Assembly: GCA_037131105.1 (NCBI GenBank)
Contig: JBAXRQ010000001.1
Coordinates: 765,465 to 829,464, forward strand
Direction of reading: 5' to 3'
DNA from: a bacterium
GTDB lineage: Bacteria > Patescibacteriota > UBA1384 > CAILIB01
Length of the DNA stretch: 64,000 nt
The position numbers and the translations under genes are program-made. The notes under the pieces are model-generated. The model made no database searches and had not been told where the DNA came from. It saw only the letters and a list, made by a program, of their open reading frames with translations. This document shows positions 60,155 through 64,000 of this stretch, one piece after another; position 1 is the first letter of the stretch; every line of letters starts with the position of its first letter.

Positions 60155-61426
60155 TTAGGCAGTAGGCATCTTATCCAATGTCACCTTGATGTCGAGAGTG
60201 CTCTTGCCCCGCTGGACGTGCAGGGTTACCTGGTCGCCTGGCTGGTGCTTGCCAAGCAGTCCTGACAGGGAATTGTTCTGGTCTACTCGGTCACCATTCA
60301 CTTCGAGAATGATGTCATTGGCCTTGATACCTGCCTTGTCAGCCGGGCTTCCTGACACCACCGCCGCGCCGCCGGCGTCACCCGAGGTTACATAGGCTCC
60401 GTAGTTCACCGGCAGGCTGTACAGCTGCTGCAAGGCGTTGGTCACGGCCTGGTAGCGGACGCCAAGATACGGGCGAATGATCTGACCGGTCTTCAGGACG
60501 CTGTTGATAGCGGTCTTAACGCTGTCGATAGGGATGGCGAAGCCGACACCTATCGAGCCGCCGGTAGTACTGGCGATAGCGGTATTGATACCTACCACCT
60601 GGCCGGCAAGGTTCACCAGCGGGCCTCCAGAGTTTCCAGGGTTGATGGCTGCATCGGTCTGGATAAGGCCGGTAAGACTCTCCTGGGTTGAGCCGCCGCC
60701 TTCACTGCTGGCGCTGATATTGCGCCCCTTGGCTGAGACCACGCCGAGGGTTACCGAGTTACTGTATTCGCCCAAGGCATTACCGACGGCGATCACTGAC
60801 TGGCCTACCTGCAGGGTATCTGAGTCTCCCAGATCCACTACGGGCAGGTCCTTGGCAGTGATCTTCAGTATCGCTAGGTCGTCTCCGGGATCGGTAGCCT
60901 GTATGGTTGCGTCAAAGATACGCCCGTCACTGGTCACCACCTTATATGAAGAGGCGCCGGTAATAACATGCTTATTGGTGACGATGAGGCCATCCGAGGT
61001 AATGATAAAGCCGGTACCGCCCGCTACCTGTTGAGTAGAGACCTGGCCAAGGAAGTTTGAGACTTCCTGGCTGGTAGTGATGGAGACCACTGCTGGAGAC
61101 ACCTTCTTAGAAGCGTCGATCACTGCCGAGCTTTCCACCACGTTGATAGTCTCCTTGATAGGTACCGCCAGGCTGCCCCCGTCATTGATACCCAGCGTGT
61201 TCCTGACCCGGGAGACTACGGGATTGCGACTACTCGAAAGCAGCACAAAGCCACCAACTCCACCGACGGCTCCAACGACCAGCGTGAGCAGTACCAGTAA
61301 CACTAATAAGACCAGGCCAACTACCGGACGACGACGCACCGTCACCCGGCGGCGGGAAGGAGAGGTGGAGTAGGAGGCAGCTGCCTCAGCGTGCTCTTCG
61401 GTGACGGGGATCGGCTCATGGTCCAT
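60155..61426 (-). CDS. htrA: HtrA/DegP-family serine protease (trypsin-like plus PDZ)
   Basis: Catalytic GNSGGPL, His/Asp context, N-terminal TM anchor, C-terminal PDZ. Confidence 0.8.
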   Translation of the reverse strand: MDHEPIPVTEEHAEAAASYSTSPSRRRVTVRRRPVVGLVLLVLLVLLTLVVGAVGGVGGFVLLSSSRNPVVSRVRNTLGINDGGSLAVPIKETINVVESSAVIDASKKVSPAVVSITTSQEVSNFLGQVSTQQVAGGTGFIITSDGLIVTNKHVITGASSYKVVTSDGRIFDATIQATDPGDDLAILKITAKDLPVVDLGDSDTLQVGQSVIAVGNALGEYSNSVTLGVVSAKGRNISASSEGGGSTQESLTGLIQTDAAINPGNSGGPLVNLAGQVVGINTAIASTTGGSIGVGFAIPIDSVKTAINSVLKTGQIIRPYLGVRYQAVTNALQQLYSLPVNYGAYVTSGDAGGAAVVSGSPADKAGIKANDIILEVNGDRVDQNNSLSGLLGKHQPGDQVTLHVQRGKSTLDIKVTLDKMPTA

Positions 61427-61500
61427 AGGGAAAGGTTAGGGTGTTCTTAGCTAGTATAGCACGGCATTTCTAAGAGAAAGCTGAAGATTCGCGGAACCCG

Positions 61501-63327
61501 TTAATAGGCGGGTGCCGACGAGTCAAAGTAGTAATCGGCGATTTTCTTAGGAGTCGTTCCGGCGGCAGTTGTTACAATATACAGCCCGTCCTCCCCGTCT
61601 CGGTGCACCGCAAATACCAGGTAGCGCCCGCTAGCATCCCAGACCGGCACCCACTGGTTGGAGACTACTCCCAGGGAAGTGAGCTGGGTCTCATTCTGGT
61701 TACTGGAGTCTACCGTATAGAGATTAGTCTTGCCATCGCGCAGGTCAACGAAGGCCCGGGTCTTTCCATCTGGCGAGAGCACGTAATGGCGACGACTGCT
61801 GGGCTGCAGCGTGATCTCAGTCTCAGCACCGGTGGCAATGACATCCTGGTAGCGGTGGGCGACCCCGGAAACCGTCGAGTCGTAGGCTATCGACTTACCA
61901 TCAGCTGTAAAGACCAGGGTGCTCATGGCCTCGGCCCGCTTGGCCAGGGTCTTTCTCTCCCCGGTAGCAATATTCAAAGTTTTTAGTACGTTCAAGTATG
62001 CCTTAGTGACTGTTGTAGTGGTGGTGCCGTCAGGTGCCGTAGTAGTGACCGACTGGTCCTCAGCGGTATTGACGTAATAGGCTACTGTAGAGCCGTCTGG
62101 TGAGAACACGAGACCGAAGGAAGGCTCTCCCAGATCAGTAATCGCACCCTTGGCAAGATTGTAGACGTGGTAGGTAGCTTTGGCATAGGTTACGTCAGTG
62201 AAGCCAGAATAGAAGAAGTAGCGACTATCTGGCGACCAGATGGGAGAAAACGACGTACTAATATCGTCACTCACTTTCTTGACGCCGCTGCCGTCCTGAG
62301 CAGCCACGTACAGCTTGGCCAGACCGGTCCCGTCGGAACCCTTCACCCCGTCTCGAGTAGAGGAGAAGGCAATAGTCTGGGTGTCAGGCGAAAGACTAGG
62401 TGCAAAATCCTCGGTCGCACCTACCGGAGTAACGAAGGACTGCTGCTGACTTCCGTCATAATTGGAACGGTAGAGTACTTTTTTACCACTGCGATTTGAA
62501 GTGAATATCACCTGTCCACTAGGAACCAGGGGAAGTTGGGCGGTCACCAGATCGGCAGCCTCCACCGTTCCGGTAAACTGCTTGTCAATGTAACCGGCCT
62601 TGCTCAGGCTTAACTTCACATCACCGGGCGCCACTTTGGCAAAGGAATAGGCTCCGCTCGGGTCAGTCTGAACCGTCTGGTTAGCCAAGGTCACCTGGAC
62701 GTTGGTTATAGCCTTACCACTTACGTAGTCCTGGACAAAACCCTTGACGGCATAGAGCTTGGCCGGCAGTTTCTTCAGAGTAAGGTAGACCAAGTCATTA
62801 TCCCCGCGGTGCAAGGACAGGGTCTCGACATCCTGCCCGTAACCGTCCTTGGTCACCTTGACCTGATAACTTCCGGCTACGGCGTTGACGGTCACTTTGC
62901 CGTTCTTGTCAGTAGCATAGTCCTTCCCGTCAACGGTTACGACTGCCCCCTCCACACCGTAGGTGCCGCCTTCACGAACCTCAAGGGCGACGGTGGCGGC
63001 ATTGTACCGGTCTAGCACCGGCACGTACAGACGGAAATACCAAACCACTACCCCGGCAAGAACCAGAGCCAACACAACCCCGCCCAGCCACTTCCAGATA
63101 CGCCGGCGCTTTTTTTTCTTAAGAGCGGCAGGGGAGTCGGCTTTGATTTTTTTAGCAGTAGGACGCTCCTCTACCTCGTCCTCGTCATCAGCTACTTCAT
63201 CCTCACCATCATCTTCGTCAGAATTCGACACCTCCTCCTCGTCCCCGAATTCCTCGGGATCGGTAGGGGAGTCAAGCTCGTCCTCGAGCTCCTCATCTTC
63301 TGTTGGGGTATGCTTGCGACGGAACAT
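61501..63327 (-). CDS. membrane-anchored TolB-like beta-propeller (PD40 repeat) protein with acidic N-terminal tail
   Basis: 608 aa; D/E-rich N-terminus, TM, carboxypeptidase-regulatory-like domains, repeated YxxSPDG/WSPDG propeller blades. Confidence 0.6.
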   Translation of the reverse strand: MFRRKHTPTEDEELEDELDSPTDPEEFGDEEEVSNSDEDDGEDEVADDEDEVEERPTAKKIKADSPAALKKKKRRRIWKWLGGVVLALVLAGVVVWYFRLYVPVLDRYNAATVALEVREGGTYGVEGAVVTVDGKDYATDKNGKVTVNAVAGSYQVKVTKDGYGQDVETLSLHRGDNDLVYLTLKKLPAKLYAVKGFVQDYVSGKAITNVQVTLANQTVQTDPSGAYSFAKVAPGDVKLSLSKAGYIDKQFTGTVEAADLVTAQLPLVPSGQVIFTSNRSGKKVLYRSNYDGSQQQSFVTPVGATEDFAPSLSPDTQTIAFSSTRDGVKGSDGTGLAKLYVAAQDGSGVKKVSDDISTSFSPIWSPDSRYFFYSGFTDVTYAKATYHVYNLAKGAITDLGEPSFGLVFSPDGSTVAYYVNTAEDQSVTTTAPDGTTTTTVTKAYLNVLKTLNIATGERKTLAKRAEAMSTLVFTADGKSIAYDSTVSGVAHRYQDVIATGAETEITLQPSSRRHYVLSPDGKTRAFVDLRDGKTNLYTVDSSNQNETQLTSLGVVSNQWVPVWDASGRYLVFAVHRDGEDGLYIVTTAAGTTPKKIADYYFDSSAPAY

Positions 63328-63392
63328 AGCTACGTTCTTATGGGTAGCCTTAGTATACGATTACCCCGCCTTTGCAACAAGGCTCGGATGCC

Positions 63393-64000
63393 TTACGCTA
63401 GAGCGTCTTGGACAAGTTGTTGGACTTTTTGAGGCTGGGCCTTGCCAGCAGCCTTCTTCATCACCTGTCCTACTATGAAGCCGAGTATCTTTTCATTGCC
63501 AGCCTTGTAATCCGCTACGGCCTTGGCCTGCTCTTCAAATACCGCAGCGATAGCTTCTTTCACGACCGATTCGTCATGCTGCTGCACAAGGCCTAGCTCA
63601 GCAATGGCACGGTCCAGCGTCTCACTGCCAAGCCGGCTGATGAGCGCCTCCATGTGCTCCTTGAGTTTTGAGAAGCTGATATCCCCGTTCCCCACTAGCT
63701 CCATAAGCTCCGTGAACTGCTCAGGGCTGAGGCCTTCTGACTGGGGAATATTGATGAGCCAGTTGGCGGTCTGCTTCACCGGCAGTCCCCGCTCCTGGTA
63801 GTCGCGGAGCTTGGCCAGCTTGGCCGGATCGTTCAGGAAGAGTTCCACGTCCGCTGCCACTATCCCCTCTTTCAGATACTGGCGACGCAGTTCGTTGGGC
63901 AGCTCAGGTACGGTCATATTGTCAGGATTCAGATCATCCTGCTCGAAGACGGCCAGCGGAGGTATGTCAGGCTCCGGGAAATACCGGTAATCCTTAGCGG
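63393..64000 (-). CDS. gatB: Asp/Glu-tRNA amidotransferase subunit B, C-terminal part (N-terminus beyond the window)
   Basis: C-terminal GatB/YqeY domain (KAVADYKAGNEKILGFIVGQVMK); the frame continues upstream of the listed Met through DYRYFPEPDIPPL (GatB motif) to the window edge. Confidence 0.75.
   Translation of the reverse strand, partial: AKDYRYFPEPDIPPLAVFEQDDLNPDNMTVPELPNELRRQYLKEGIVAADVELFLNDPAKLAKLRDYQERGLPVKQTANWLINIPQSEGLSPEQFTELMELVGNGDISFSKLKEHMEALISRLGSETLDRAIAELGLVQQHDESVVKEAIAAVFEEQAKAVADYKAGNEKILGFIVGQVMKKAAGKAQPQKVQQLVQDALA

Overview
This 64 kb window looks like a chromosomal region from a small-genome bacterium of the CPR/Patescibacteria type. The evidence is a minus-strand 16S rRNA gene of about 1.78 kb that carries a roughly 305-nt insertion, few strong Shine-Dalgarno sites, and a compact translation-gene neighbourhood (rpsB, a short tsf, frr with pyrH absent, prfA, prmC, rpmE, proS, tig, clpP, pgk, tpiA, and a partial gatB at the window edge). 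Downstream of the 16S there is a tRNA cluster on the minus strand (Met-CAT, Pro-CGG, one atypical tRNA, a pair of tRNA halves in permuted order, Asp-GTC, Ile-GAT, Ala-TGC). Partial tRNA 3' fragments with T-loop insertions sit around it, the usual signature of repeated integration events.

The main accessory feature is a roughly 19.5 kb integrative element at about 10800..30254. It is bounded by a 17-bp direct repeat of the tRNA-Ala 3' end and carries two large serine recombinases. Inside it is a complete diversity-generating retroelement (DGR) with a reverse transcriptase (split by a frameshift), an Avd-like accessory gene, a 113-bp template repeat (TR), and two paralogous target genes whose 3' variable repeats (VR) differ from TR almost only at TR adenines. 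One hypervariable target is encoded between a MoxR-like AAA+ ATPase and an HExxH-peptidase/vWA protein, which may be an undescribed NTPase-dependent sensing or conflict module. The element also carries a Cas4-like PD-(D/E)xK nuclease and a 1172-aa SF1 helicase fused to a DUF559-type endonuclease.

Outside the element, a YcaO-domain protein is preceded by a strong promoter, a 35-aa repeat peptide ORF (three copies of NSPIKPQ[V/I]P carrying synonymous third-base changes) and an intrinsic terminator. That arrangement resembles a RiPP-like locus. Next to it is an operon with a transglutaminase-like protease, an HExxH protein and a P-loop kinase. No CRISPR array was seen. Coordinates are approximate to within a few nt.
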